This document shows, in pieces, positions 55,374 through 64,000 of a stretch of 64,000 nt of DNA (the stretch's first letter is position 1; the number at the start of each line of letters is the position of its first letter). Both the position numbers and the translations under genes were made by a program. The notes under the pieces are model-generated. The model was not told the origin of the DNA. It made no database searches and saw only the letters and a list, made by a program, of their open reading frames with translations. The DNA lies in contig CALUQL010000001.1 of assembly GCA_944322895.1 (NCBI GenBank), forward strand, positions 7,195-71,194, written 5' to 3'. This DNA comes from Candidatus Gastranaerophilales bacterium (lineage in GTDB: Bacteria; Cyanobacteriota; Vampirovibrionia; Gastranaerophilales; Gastranaerophilaceae).

Positions 55374-55404
55374 ATTATATTACCTGCTAAAAAAATTAAG
55401 TCAA
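55374..55404 (-). promoter_or_regulatory. Sigma70-type promoter for tRNA-Val with an A-rich UP-like element
   Basis: On the minus strand: TTGACT (55404-55399), a 16-nt spacer, then TAATATAAT. This ends a few nt before the tRNA 5' end. An A-rich tract lies upstream at 55405-55445. Confidence 0.5.
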
Positions 55405-55473
55405 GCACTATTTTTATTTTTCTTTTTATTTTTTATTTTTATCCTCTTTGTTCTTAAGTTCTGTTTTTTCTTA

Positions 55474-55482
55474 TGCTAAAAT
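55474..55482 (+). promoter_or_regulatory. Candidate extended -10 promoter (TGcTAAAAT) for the nitroreductase gene
   Basis: TGnTAAAAT lies 26 nt upstream of the ATG at 55508, with an AAAGGAG SD in between. Confidence 0.45.
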
Positions 55483-55507
55483 ATTATGGTTAGTTAAAGG
55501 AGTCATT

Positions 55508-56389
55508 ATGCAAGATATTATGTTTAAAGTTGATGAATCTAAATGTATTCATTGCGGGCTTTGTGTTAAAGATTGTATTGCTGCAGTTCTAGAAATGGAT
55601 GAAAATAATACACCAAAAGCTTCTGCACCTCAAAGATGTATTAAATGTCAGCATTGTTTAGCTATTTGTCCTGTCGGGGCTATTTCTATTTTGGGCAAAA
55701 ATCCTGATGATTCTGAAAAAATTTATGCTCAAAATCCTGATATGATTTTAAATTTAATTAAATCTCGCAGAAGTGACAGGCAATATAAAAATGAAAATCT
55801 TAACCCTGAAATAATGAATAAACTTAAAGATATGTTATCTTGGGTACCTACAGGTTGTAATGTACACAAGCTTCATTTCTCTTTTATTGACGATGTTGAA
55901 GTTATGAATGAATTCAGAACTTATGTAAACAATAAAATCATTTCAGCTTTAACTAAAAAACCTATAAAAATTATTATTGAAAAATTTTCAGGATATTTAA
56001 AATTCTTCTTAAAGGGTGATGATGTTATTTTTAGAGGTGCTCCTCATATGTTGGTTGTTTCTAACGCTGTTAATGCACCTTGCTCAAAAGAAGATGCAGA
56101 TATTGCTATTAGCTATTTTGAACTTTATGCTCAAAGTTTAGGCGTAGGCACTTGCTGGTGTGGTTTTGCCGATACTTGCATGAAAGTTTTTCCTGAATTA
56201 TGTGAATATATGGAAATTCCTGAAGGTTATAAACCTGAATATGCTATATTGTTTGGTCCTAAAGCAGTTAATTATTCAAGAACCATTCAGCCTGAAAAAT
56301 CACCTGTTGTAAGTGCTAAAAAAATCGGATTTGAAAAACTTACCGCAGGAAAAACCATAAAAAGATATTTTTGGAATTTCTTTAGATAG
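55508..56389 (+). CDS. Ferredoxin-domain (2x[4Fe-4S]) nitroreductase-family protein
   Basis: CIHCGLCVKDC and CIKCQHCLAICP, followed by nitroreductase-type RRSDRQYK. The ORF opens at 55448 (TTG), but the ATG at 55508 has a good SD. Confidence 0.75.
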   Translation: MQDIMFKVDESKCIHCGLCVKDCIAAVLEMDENNTPKASAPQRCIKCQHCLAICPVGAISILGKNPDDSEKIYAQNPDMILNLIKSRRSDRQYKNENLNPEIMNKLKDMLSWVPTGCNVHKLHFSFIDDVEVMNEFRTYVNNKIISALTKKPIKIIIEKFSGYLKFFLKGDDVIFRGAPHMLVVSNAVNAPCSKEDADIAISYFELYAQSLGVGTCWCGFADTCMKVFPELCEYMEIPEGYKPEYAILFGPKAVNYSRTIQPEKSPVVSAKKIGFEKLTAGKTIKRYFWNFFR

Positions 56390-56429
56390 ATTTATGATAA
56401 AATTATTGAAGTTATAACCGGAGAACGCT

Positions 56430-56912
56430 ATGAGAGAAGAACTGCTTACTTTAATTGAAAAAAACAGCAAAATAGGACTTAAAGAACTTTCTGTATTATT
56501 AGGCGTAGACGAAGCCAGTGTACTTCAAGAACTTGAAGCGCTTGAAAAAGAAGGTGTTATTTGCGGTTATCATACTTTAATTGATTGGGAAAAAACTTCT
56601 ATTGAAAAAGTTACCGCTTTGATTGAAGTTAGAGTTACTCCTCAACGAGGACAAGGGTTTGACAGCATTGCCGAACGCATATACAATTATCCTGAAGTTC
56701 GTGCTGCTTACCTTATTTCAGGCGGTTATGATTTACTTATTATCTTAGAAGAAAAATCACTAAGAGAAATTGCAAACTTTGTATCTGATAAACTTTCTAC
56801 TTTAGATAGTGTTTTAAGTACTGCGACTCACTTTGTATTAAAAAAATACAAATATCACGGCACAATAATATCTAAAAAACACGAAGATGAAAGAGAGATT
56901 GTTACACCATGA
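56430..56912 (+). CDS. Lrp/AsnC-family transcriptional regulator
   Basis: 160 aa with an N-terminal HTH (LIEKNSKIGLKELSVLLGVDEASVLQELEALEKEGVI) and a C-terminal RAM-like domain. The stop overlaps the downstream aminotransferase start. Confidence 0.8.
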   Translation: MREELLTLIEKNSKIGLKELSVLLGVDEASVLQELEALEKEGVICGYHTLIDWEKTSIEKVTALIEVRVTPQRGQGFDSIAERIYNYPEVRAAYLISGGYDLLIILEEKSLREIANFVSDKLSTLDSVLSTATHFVLKKYKYHGTIISKKHEDEREIVTP

Positions 56913-58084
56913 CAAAAGAACTCTCAAAAAAAGTTATAGCAATTAAACCATCAGGAATAAGAAAATTTTTTGACCTTGTTAGCGAAATGCAAGATGTTAT
57001 TTCTTTAGGCGTTGGTGAACCTGATTTTGATACTCCTTGGCATATTCGTGATGAAGGTATTTATGCCCTTGAAAAAGGCAGAACTTTCTACACTTCTAAC
57101 TCAGGTTTAAAAGCTCTAAGACAAGAAATTTCGAATTATATAAAAAGAACTCAAAATATTTTATATAATCCAGATAACGAAATAATTGTTACTGTTGGCG
57201 GTTCTGAAGCTATTGATATCGGTATTAGAGCTTTAGTAAATGATGGCGACGAAGTTATTATTCCTCAACCGTCTTATGTTTCTTATGAACCTTGTGCCTT
57301 ACTTGCAAATGCAAAACCGGTTATTATAAATCTTAAAGCAGAAAATGAATTCAGACTGACAAGTGATGAACTTTTAAATGCTATAACAGAAAAAACAAAA
57401 ATACTTATATTGCCATTTCCGAATAATCCGACAGGTTCAATTATGGATAAAGACGATTTAGAAAAAATTGCAAAAGTCATCATTGAAAAAGATATTTATG
57501 TTATGTCCGATGAAATATATTCTGAACTTTCATATAAAGATAAACATGTATCTATAGCATCACTTCCGCAAATGAAAGAAAGAACAATTCTTATCAACGG
57601 ATTTTCAAAAGCTTATGCTATGACAGGTTGGAGACTTGGTTACGCCTGTGCTCCTAAAGAAATAATCAAGCAAATGACAAAAATTCATCAATATGCAATT
57701 ATGTGTGCACCTACAACAAGCCAATATGCAGCAGTTGAAGCTTTAAAAAACGGTGATAATGATGTTGCAATGATGCGTCAATCTTACAATCAAAGAAGAA
57801 GATTTTTGTTAAATGCATTCAAAGAAATGAATTTACCTTGTTTTGAACCATTTGGAGCATTCTATGTATTCCCTTGTATAAAAGAATTTGGGATGACAAG
57901 TGAAGAATTTGCAACAAGATTATTACAGGAAGAAAAAGTTGCAGCTATACCCGGTAATGCTTTCGGAGATAGCGGAGAAGGATATTTGAGAATTTCTTAT
58001 GCTTATTCTTTAGATAATCTGAAAAAAGCAATGGAGCGTTTAAGCCGTTTTGTGAAAAAACTTAGAGAAGAAAAATCTAAATAA
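56909..58084 (+). CDS. Class I/II PLP-dependent aminotransferase (aspartate/aromatic-type)
   Basis: GVGEPDFDTP, the PLP-lysine region NGFSKAYAMTGWRLGY, and LRISYA near the C-terminus. Confidence 0.88.
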   Translation: MTKELSKKVIAIKPSGIRKFFDLVSEMQDVISLGVGEPDFDTPWHIRDEGIYALEKGRTFYTSNSGLKALRQEISNYIKRTQNILYNPDNEIIVTVGGSEAIDIGIRALVNDGDEVIIPQPSYVSYEPCALLANAKPVIINLKAENEFRLTSDELLNAITEKTKILILPFPNNPTGSIMDKDDLEKIAKVIIEKDIYVMSDEIYSELSYKDKHVSIASLPQMKERTILINGFSKAYAMTGWRLGYACAPKEIIKQMTKIHQYAIMCAPTTSQYAAVEALKNGDNDVAMMRQSYNQRRRFLLNAFKEMNLPCFEPFGAFYVFPCIKEFGMTSEEFATRLLQEEKVAAIPGNAFGDSGEGYLRISYAYSLDNLKKAMERLSRFVKKLREEKSK

Positions 58085-58472
58085 TTTTGGTTAAATGATT
58101 ACCTGCCTGAACCCCTAGAGAAACAGCAAACAAACAAGTAATAACGCTTAAAAGAATATACATAAAAGCTTGTAATAATTCACCTTGCTTAATTAGATTA
58201 TATGTTTCTAAAGAGAATGTTGAAAACGTTGTAAGTCCGCCGCAGAAACCAACACTTACCGCGAATTTAATATAATCAGGTATATCCGCTTTATTAATAA
58301 AAACAGTATAAGCAAGCCCTAATATAAAACTGCCTATAATATTAACAAATATTGTTGAACAAAATATTCCGTATGCATTTAAGAATGTAAGCTTTTTAAA
58401 GAATATATTGGATAAAAACCTTAAAACTGAACCAATACCGCCACCTACAAATATAAATATTAAATTCAACAT
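58077..58472 (-). CDS. crcB: Fluoride ion channel CrcB
   Basis: 131 aa with four hydrophobic segments, FVGGGIGSVLRF and GFCGGLTTFSTF motifs. Confidence 0.85.
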   Translation of the reverse strand: MLNLIFIFVGGGIGSVLRFLSNIFFKKLTFLNAYGIFCSTIFVNIIGSFILGLAYTVFINKADIPDYIKFAVSVGFCGGLTTFSTFSLETYNLIKQGELLQAFMYILLSVITCLFAVSLGVQAGNHLTKII

Positions 58473-58481
58473 AATTAACCT

Positions 58482-59321
58482 TTATACAACACTAACTAAA
58501 AACAAATAATAATATACAGCAGGGGCTGAAAATAAAAAAGCATCCATTCTATCCAAAATACCACCATACCCCATAAATAAATTACCGCTGTGTTTTATAT
58601 CTAAATCTCTTTTAAAACTCGATATTGTTAAATCACCTAATTGAGAAAATATAGATATTACAATTCCTAAAAATAAGCATTTTATAATTGATAAATCAAT
58701 AAACTTTACAAGTAAAAAACAAGGCAGACAAGTAAAAATCAAATTAAAAAATGAACCAGATATTGTTTTATCAGGGCTTATTTCTGAAGAAAGCTTATAT
58801 TTATTAAATTTAGGTCCAAGAATTGATGCAGCATAATCTCCCATTAAGACTGCAGCAAAATATACACAAATCACATACCAAGCTGAATTTTCATTAAAAT
58901 AATATGTTAATTTGATTATATATAATCCGCAAAAAATAAGTAAAATTGCGGCAATAGTTGATAATGAAGTCATAATATATGGCTTTTTATTACGTAAAAC
59001 AGTAAGAACAAAAGAAAAAACAACACCCCCTATTAAAATCGGAGTTATTATTGAATGATCTTCAATTCCTTTTGTAAAAGAGAAAACATATGCACATAAT
59101 ATTCCTACTATTTCCGGTAAAAATTTATGAGGATAAATATCTTTATTTTTCATCATTTTTCTATATTCCATCATTGTGATTATTATGAAAAATGCTGAAA
59201 CTAAAAAAAGTATTCTTCCTGAAAAATAAAAAGCAATTAAAATTAATGCCAAAAGTAAAAAGCCCAAAAAGTATCTTAAATATTTGTTATTCATATTTTT
59301 TCTCCATAAAAATTCTAACAT
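58482..59321 (-). CDS. cdsA: Phosphatidate cytidylyltransferase (CDP-diglyceride synthase)
   Basis: Polytopic protein with the C-terminal signature SSFKRDLDIKHSGNLFMGYGGILDRMDAF. An alternative start at 59294 (MNNKYL) is possible. Confidence 0.8.
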   Translation of the reverse strand: MLEFLWRKNMNNKYLRYFLGFLLLALILIAFYFSGRILFLVSAFFIIITMMEYRKMMKNKDIYPHKFLPEIVGILCAYVFSFTKGIEDHSIITPILIGGVVFSFVLTVLRNKKPYIMTSLSTIAAILLIFCGLYIIKLTYYFNENSAWYVICVYFAAVLMGDYAASILGPKFNKYKLSSEISPDKTISGSFFNLIFTCLPCFLLVKFIDLSIIKCLFLGIVISIFSQLGDLTISSFKRDLDIKHSGNLFMGYGGILDRMDAFLFSAPAVYYYLFLVSVV

Positions 59322-59368
59322 ATTGCAAAAAATATGTTAAACAATTAATAATGGTATATAATAAAATA

Positions 59369-60808
59369 ATGAAAAAAATAATGCTCATATATCCTCCCGG
59401 GGAAATTTATCAAAGAAGTGAAGACAGATGTCAAATAAACATTAATGCCTCTGTTTCAAATTCAATAAGAGCTTGTAATGATTTAGGTTATATATCTGCC
59501 ATTCTGAAGCAGGAAAATTATAATATTTTTCTTAAAGATTATCCTGCTGAAAATTTGACAATAGAAACTTTTTTCAATGACATTAAAAATGAAAATCCGG
59601 ATGTTGTTTTTATAAGCACTACAAATGGCAGTATATTATATGATTTAGATATAGTAAAAGAAATAAAATCGATTAAAAAAGATACAATTATAATACTAAA
59701 AGGAGCTCTATTTTTTAATCCTGAGCAAGATTTCTATAAAGAATTAGACTTAAATGATGTCGATTATCTTATTGGTGGTGAAAGTGAATTTATTATTTTA
59801 CCATTGTTGAATGCCCATTTTAATGATTTTTCTTTACTTGATAATATTCAAGGTATTTCATATAAACAAAATGGCTATTGGAAAACAAATAAATTAACCG
59901 AATTTTGCCAAAATTTAGATAGTATTCCTTTCCCAGACAGAGAAATAATGAAAAATGAACTATATATAAATCCTGCAACAAATAACCCAATTGCAACAAT
60001 TTCAACATCAAGAGGATGTCCATCTTCTTGCATATATTGCGTTTCGCCAATAATATCAGGAAAAGAAGTCAGGTTTAGAAGTCCAAAATCGGTTCTTGAA
60101 GAGCTAAAAGAATGCTATTTTAAATATAATATCAAAGAATTTTTCTTTAAATCAGACACATTTACAATTAATAAAAAATGGGTAATGGAACTCTGTGATT
60201 ATATTACAAATTCTGATTTATCGGGAAAAATCAATTGGGTAGCGAATTCTAAGGTTAATACTCTTGATGAAGAAATGCTATCACAGATGAAAGCAGCAGG
60301 TTGCACTTTAATAGCATTAGGAATCGAATCAGGAAACGAAGAATCTTTAAAAAGAATGAAAAAAGGTACAACCATTGCACAAAATATTGCAACTGTTAAA
60401 TTAATAAAAAAGTACGGGTTAAAAATCTTTGGATTTTACCTCATTGGTTTTCCTTGGGAAAATATTAAACATATTTCTGATACAGAAAAATTAATCTTTG
60501 CACTTGATACAGACTTTATTGAGATTTCTATAGCAACACCATTCAAAGGCAGTGAATTGTATAATATGGTTTTTGAAAAAACAGACGATAAAAAAAATAT
60601 TCTTGGAAAAGACTCATTTAAAAATATAACAACAGGAACCGATTTTCTTTCAAAAGAAGAACTTGAAACTATCAGAAAAAGAATAATATTAAAATATCAT
60701 CTAAGACCATCATTTATATTAAAAAAGCTTTTTGATAAAGAAATTAAACTCTGTGTTCTAAAAAACTATATAAAGTATGGAATGAGATTAATAAAGAATA
60801 TATTTTAA
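59369..60808 (+). CDS. B12-binding-domain radical SAM enzyme
   Basis: MKKIMLIYPPGE..DVVFISTT (B12-binding-like region), then TSRGCPSSCIYCVS. The track ORF opens at 59192 but would overlap cdsA; ATG 59351 or 59369 is more plausible. Confidence 0.75.
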   Translation: MKKIMLIYPPGEIYQRSEDRCQININASVSNSIRACNDLGYISAILKQENYNIFLKDYPAENLTIETFFNDIKNENPDVVFISTTNGSILYDLDIVKEIKSIKKDTIIILKGALFFNPEQDFYKELDLNDVDYLIGGESEFIILPLLNAHFNDFSLLDNIQGISYKQNGYWKTNKLTEFCQNLDSIPFPDREIMKNELYINPATNNPIATISTSRGCPSSCIYCVSPIISGKEVRFRSPKSVLEELKECYFKYNIKEFFFKSDTFTINKKWVMELCDYITNSDLSGKINWVANSKVNTLDEEMLSQMKAAGCTLIALGIESGNEESLKRMKKGTTIAQNIATVKLIKKYGLKIFGFYLIGFPWENIKHISDTEKLIFALDTDFIEISIATPFKGSELYNMVFEKTDDKKNILGKDSFKNITTGTDFLSKEELETIRKRIILKYHLRPSFILKKLFDKEIKLCVLKNYIKYGMRLIKNIF

Positions 60809-61431
60809 TCCTTTGTTATAACAAAAATGGCTTCTTCTGCAAATAAATTTGAAAATTTACTGTATCTGAAATCTTTTCTTATTTTAGCTCTGGTTGTATA
60901 AATACACTCTTTTATATTTATGTTATTAATTTTTGAATATTCAAAGAAATCTTTTATAGTTAATAAATGAATATTAGGCGTATTATACCATTCAAAAGGC
61001 AAAACTTTTGATTTTGGCATATTCCCAGTAAAAAAGAAATTAAACCTTACACGCCAATATGCAAAATTCGGAAAACTTACAATGCATTTTTTACCCACAC
61101 GCAACATTTCTTCCATAACATAATGCGGATTCTGCGTCGATTGCAGAGTCTGATTTAATATAACATAATCATAATATTTATCAGGAATTTGTTTTAATCC
61201 TTCATCAATATCACCTTGAATTACAGATAAACCTTTTTCTAAACATTGAATAACTTCGGTCTGAGAAATTTCAATACCATTTCCTTTTATATTTTTTTTC
61301 TCTTTTAATAATTTAAGTAATTGACCGTTACCGCAACCCAAATCAAGTACTCTTGAACCTTCTTCAATCATTTTTTCAATTAGAGAATAATTCAAATGAA
61401 GTCCTTTCGATGTATCATAATGGTTATTCAT
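60805..61431 (-). CDS. metW: Methionine biosynthesis protein MetW
   Basis: SAM-methyltransferase-fold motif [15 protein letters not shown], a 208-aa size, and a position immediately downstream of and overlapping metX. Confidence 0.8.
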   Translation of the reverse strand: MNNHYDTSKGLHLNYSLIEKMIEEGSRVLDLGCGNGQLLKLLKEKKNIKGNGIEISQTEVIQCLEKGLSVIQGDIDEGLKQIPDKYYDYVILNQTLQSTQNPHYVMEEMLRVGKKCIVSFPNFAYWRVRFNFFFTGNMPKSKVLPFEWYNTPNIHLLTIKDFFEYSKINNINIKECIYTTRAKIRKDFRYSKFSNLFAEEAIFVITKD

Positions 61432-62593
61432 TTGTATCTCCTTGTAAATGTGTATTTAAAAAACTTTTTATTATCTTTGATTGAACTTCATACTCAAGCA
61501 AGAAAGCATCATGCCCGCAAGGCGACTTAATTTCACAATAAGAAACATCTTTTCCCAATTGCATTAAAGTATTAACAACTTCTTTTGATTGAGAAGAAGG
61601 AAATAACCAATCAGAATCAAAAGAAATAACCAAAAACTTTGCATCAGTATTTTTAAATGCTTCTTTTAATGAACCGTATTTATCTGCAGGATCAAAATAA
61701 TCAACTGCTTTTGTTATATAAAGATAACTATTAGCATCAAATCTATCTACAAAAATTTGACCTTGGTGCTGCAAATAACTTTCTACCTGAAAATCGATAT
61801 CAAAATTAAAGTCATAATGATTTTTATTTTGAAGTCTTCTTCCAAACTTATTATACATAGCTTCTTCACAAAGATAAGTTATATGTCCCACCATTCTAGC
61901 ATTAGAAAGTCCTCTATCGGGTTTATTTTCTTTATCGTAATAATCACCGTTATTCCAATTGGGGTCAGAGATTATAGAATTTCTACCAACAGCATTAAAT
62001 GCTATTGCTTGAGGAGACAATCTTGAAGTTGTAGCTATTAATATAGTTGATGTCACATAATCGGGATAGGAAATTGCAAACTGCATAGCTTGCATTCCAC
62101 CCATTGAACCACCTGCAACTGCATAAAGTTTTTTGATACCAATAAAATCAAGTAATTTCTTTTTTACATGAACAGTATCTTCAATCGTAAACACAGGAAA
62201 ACTTAATCCGTATGGTTTTCCCGTTTCAGGATTAATGCTTGATGGTCCCGTAGTACCGCTACATCCACCTAATATATTAGTACAAACAACAAAATACTTA
62301 TTCGTATCGAAAGCCTTATCTGGTCCAATCATACTATCCCACCAGCCAGGCTTTTTATCATTTTCACTATGATATCCGGCCGCGTGAGCATCACCTGTTA
62401 ATGCATGAATTACTAGTATTACATTTGTACCATCTTCGTTTAATTTACCATATGTTTCATAAGCAACAGTAATTGGGCCGAATTCAACACCACTTTCAAA
62501 TTTTATTTTTTCATCAATTGTAAAAAACTTAGTTTCAACAAGTCCTACATTATTTTTGTCAATTTGCATTTTTATTCCTTTATGAACGGGCAA
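61424..62593 (-). CDS. metX: Homoserine O-acetyltransferase
   Basis: Alpha/beta-hydrolase nucleophile elbow [19 protein letters not shown], and a C-terminal GHDAFLLE. Confidence 0.9.
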   Translation of the reverse strand: MPVHKGIKMQIDKNNVGLVETKFFTIDEKIKFESGVEFGPITVAYETYGKLNEDGTNVILVIHALTGDAHAAGYHSENDKKPGWWDSMIGPDKAFDTNKYFVVCTNILGGCSGTTGPSSINPETGKPYGLSFPVFTIEDTVHVKKKLLDFIGIKKLYAVAGGSMGGMQAMQFAISYPDYVTSTILIATTSRLSPQAIAFNAVGRNSIISDPNWNNGDYYDKENKPDRGLSNARMVGHITYLCEEAMYNKFGRRLQNKNHYDFNFDIDFQVESYLQHQGQIFVDRFDANSYLYITKAVDYFDPADKYGSLKEAFKNTDAKFLVISFDSDWLFPSSQSKEVVNTLMQLGKDVSYCEIKSPCGHDAFLLEYEVQSKIIKSFLNTHLQGDTNE

Positions 62594-63863
62594 TTTTTAT
62601 TGCATTTTCAATATCTTCAATTATGTCATCAATATTTTCAAGACCAATCGAAGCCCGCATAAAGTCATTTGTAATACCTGCTTTGATTTTCTGCTCTTCA
62701 GAAAGTTGTCTGTGGGTACTTCCTGCCGGATAAGTTATAATAGAGCGAACATCACCTAAATTGGTTGCGTGAATAAACAATTTTAATGCTTCAATAAATT
62801 TTGTACCATCACCATCTACACCAAAACCGATTAGTGATGAAGCACCTTTTTTCAGATACTTCTGTGCCAAATCATAATCTTTACTGCTTTTTAATAATGG
62901 ATAATTAACAAAATTTATATGAGGATGTTTTTCTAAATATTGAGCAAGTTTTAATGCATTTTCGCAGTGTCTGTCCATTCTTACGTGAAGAGTTTCTAAT
63001 CCTAATTGAGTTAAATATGCATTAAAAGGACTTTGGCAGCAGCCTAAATCTCTTATCAAATGTGTTCTTGCTTTGACAATAAAAGCAGCTTCACCAAATA
63101 CTTTGTTATAAATTACACCGTGGTAACTTTCATCAGGAGTAGTGAACATCTTGAACTTATCATTTTGTGCCCAATCAAATTTTCCAGAATCTACAATTAC
63201 TCCCCCCATTGCATTACCGTGTCCAGATAAATATTTTGTAGTAGAATGAACAACAATATCAGCTCCAAAATCTATTGGTTTACATAAATATGGAGTCGGA
63301 ACCGTATTATCTACAACTAACGGTATTCCGTGTTTATGGGCAATTTTAGCCAAAGCTTCAATATCTGCTACTTTTATACTCGGGTTTCCTAATGTTTCTA
63401 TAAATATACATTTGGTTTTATCTGTAATTGCTTTCTCATAGTCTTGCAAATCATCAGAATTTATAAATTTAACATTTATCCCCATTTGCTTAAATGTTTT
63501 TGCAAATAAGTTATAAGTACCACCATATATTTTATCGGATGTTATTATTTCATCACCTGCACCTGCAAAATTTAACATTGTAATTAATACTGCAGATTGA
63601 CCTGATGAAGTTAATAAAGCTCCAACACCGCCTTCTAGTGCTGCTATTCTTTTTTCTACAATATCCCAAGATGGATTTGATAATCTTGTATAAATATCAC
63701 CAGGAACCTTTAAATCAAACAAATCGACAGCATGCTGAACACTATCAAAACTATATGCTGTATTTGCATATATTGGTGTTGATACTGCATGATTTTGTTT
63801 TTGTAAATCAATAAATCCACGTACGGCAAGTGTTTCAAACTTCATTTTAAATCCTCTTTGCAT
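62580..63863 (-). CDS. metY: O-acetylhomoserine sulfhydrylase (PLP-dependent, Cys/Met metabolism family)
   Basis: [16 protein letters not shown] (PLP-lysine motif) and the family-typical N-terminus FETLAVRG. An alternative start at 63845 (MKFETL) is possible. Confidence 0.85.
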   Translation of the reverse strand: MQRGFKMKFETLAVRGFIDLQKQNHAVSTPIYANTAYSFDSVQHAVDLFDLKVPGDIYTRLSNPSWDIVEKRIAALEGGVGALLTSSGQSAVLITMLNFAGAGDEIITSDKIYGGTYNLFAKTFKQMGINVKFINSDDLQDYEKAITDKTKCIFIETLGNPSIKVADIEALAKIAHKHGIPLVVDNTVPTPYLCKPIDFGADIVVHSTTKYLSGHGNAMGGVIVDSGKFDWAQNDKFKMFTTPDESYHGVIYNKVFGEAAFIVKARTHLIRDLGCCQSPFNAYLTQLGLETLHVRMDRHCENALKLAQYLEKHPHINFVNYPLLKSSKDYDLAQKYLKKGASSLIGFGVDGDGTKFIEALKLFIHATNLGDVRSIITYPAGSTHRQLSEEQKIKAGITNDFMRASIGLENIDDIIEDIENAIKIARS

Positions 63864-63899
63864 TTTATTACTTTTTTTATTATAGACTAATTTTCAAAT

Positions 63900-63927
63900 A
63901 AAAAAAATAGCGGCTTTTAACCACTAT
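63900..63927 (-). terminator. Rho-independent terminator of the upstream (partial) gene
   Basis: On the minus strand: ATAGTGG-ttaaaag-CCGCTAT followed by T7. The stem includes the stop codon of the partial ORF. Confidence 0.5.
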
Positions 63928-64000
63928 TTCTTTTCATTAATAAGATTTGTAATAATTGCACCGATTAACAAAGTTATTGCACCAATCATAAAAGCATATT
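63924..64000 (-). CDS. 3' end of a hydrophobic (membrane?) protein, truncated by the window edge
   Basis: The minus-strand frame reads ..YAFMIGAITLLIGAIITNLINEKK*. Only 25 codons are visible. Confidence 0.3.
   Translation of the reverse strand, partial: YAFMIGAITLLIGAIITNLINEKK

Noticed and set aside
59192-59368. N-terminal extensions of track ORFs: 59192 for the B12-rSAM, 55448 for the nitroreductase and 19653 for a clade-B rSAM.
   Set aside because: The 59192 extension overlaps the 5' end of divergent cdsA. The 55448 extension starts at TTG upstream of a promoter-like box and precedes a good SD plus ATG at 55508. The 19653 extension has no counterpart in the five paralogues. Internal Met starts fit better.
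1-64000. CRISPR arrays, rRNA genes, prophage structural genes and toxin-antitoxin pairs.
   Set aside because: I saw no regularly spaced direct repeats, no rRNA-like conserved segments and no capsid, terminase or portal-like ORFs. The only tandem repeat is the in-frame lipoprotein repeat at 46604-46948.

Overview
Very AT-rich bacterial chromosomal window. I recognised no rRNA, CRISPR array, transposase or integrase. All functional calls come from motifs read by eye in the supplied translations; no searches were run.

Left edge: a MIP channel, leuS and a GT9 heptosyltransferase-like operon.

Centre (about 5.95-44.2 kb): an unusual accessory locus and my candidate for the undescribed system.
- It holds 24 paralogous small radical-SAM (rSAM) genes plus one B12-binding-type rSAM. 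Together they sum to about 26 kb of the 38 kb span.
- In 23 of the 24 small genes, a Cys-rich N-terminal module precedes a single CxxxCxxC triad.
- By eye they sort into clades A1 (4), A2 (8), A3 (5) and B (6). The 24th is an outlier with a Tat-signal-like N-terminus and its extra cysteines at the C-terminus.
- Interleaved are four membrane-anchored SGNH-like paralogues (plus one decayed copy), two large polytopic membrane proteins, two small TPR proteins, a ketopantoate-reductase-family oxidoreductase and gmd.
- The right border carries cupin, DegT-aminotransferase and GT2 sugar-tailoring genes.
- Most plausible role: combinatorial tailoring of a glycan or other envelope component. This function is unproven.

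Right of the locus: a YD-repeat-like lipoprotein, an SDR, a PHP phosphoesterase and bcp.

Defence islet (49.3-54.9 kb), abutting tRNA-Val(UAC): a nuclease-domain-fused N6-methyltransferase with an HsdS-like subunit, two HEPN-motif proteins and a nucleotidyl-cyclase-like protein.

Right edge, core genes: ferredoxin-nitroreductase, Lrp/AsnC plus aminotransferase, crcB, cdsA, a second B12-type rSAM, and metW-metX-metY.
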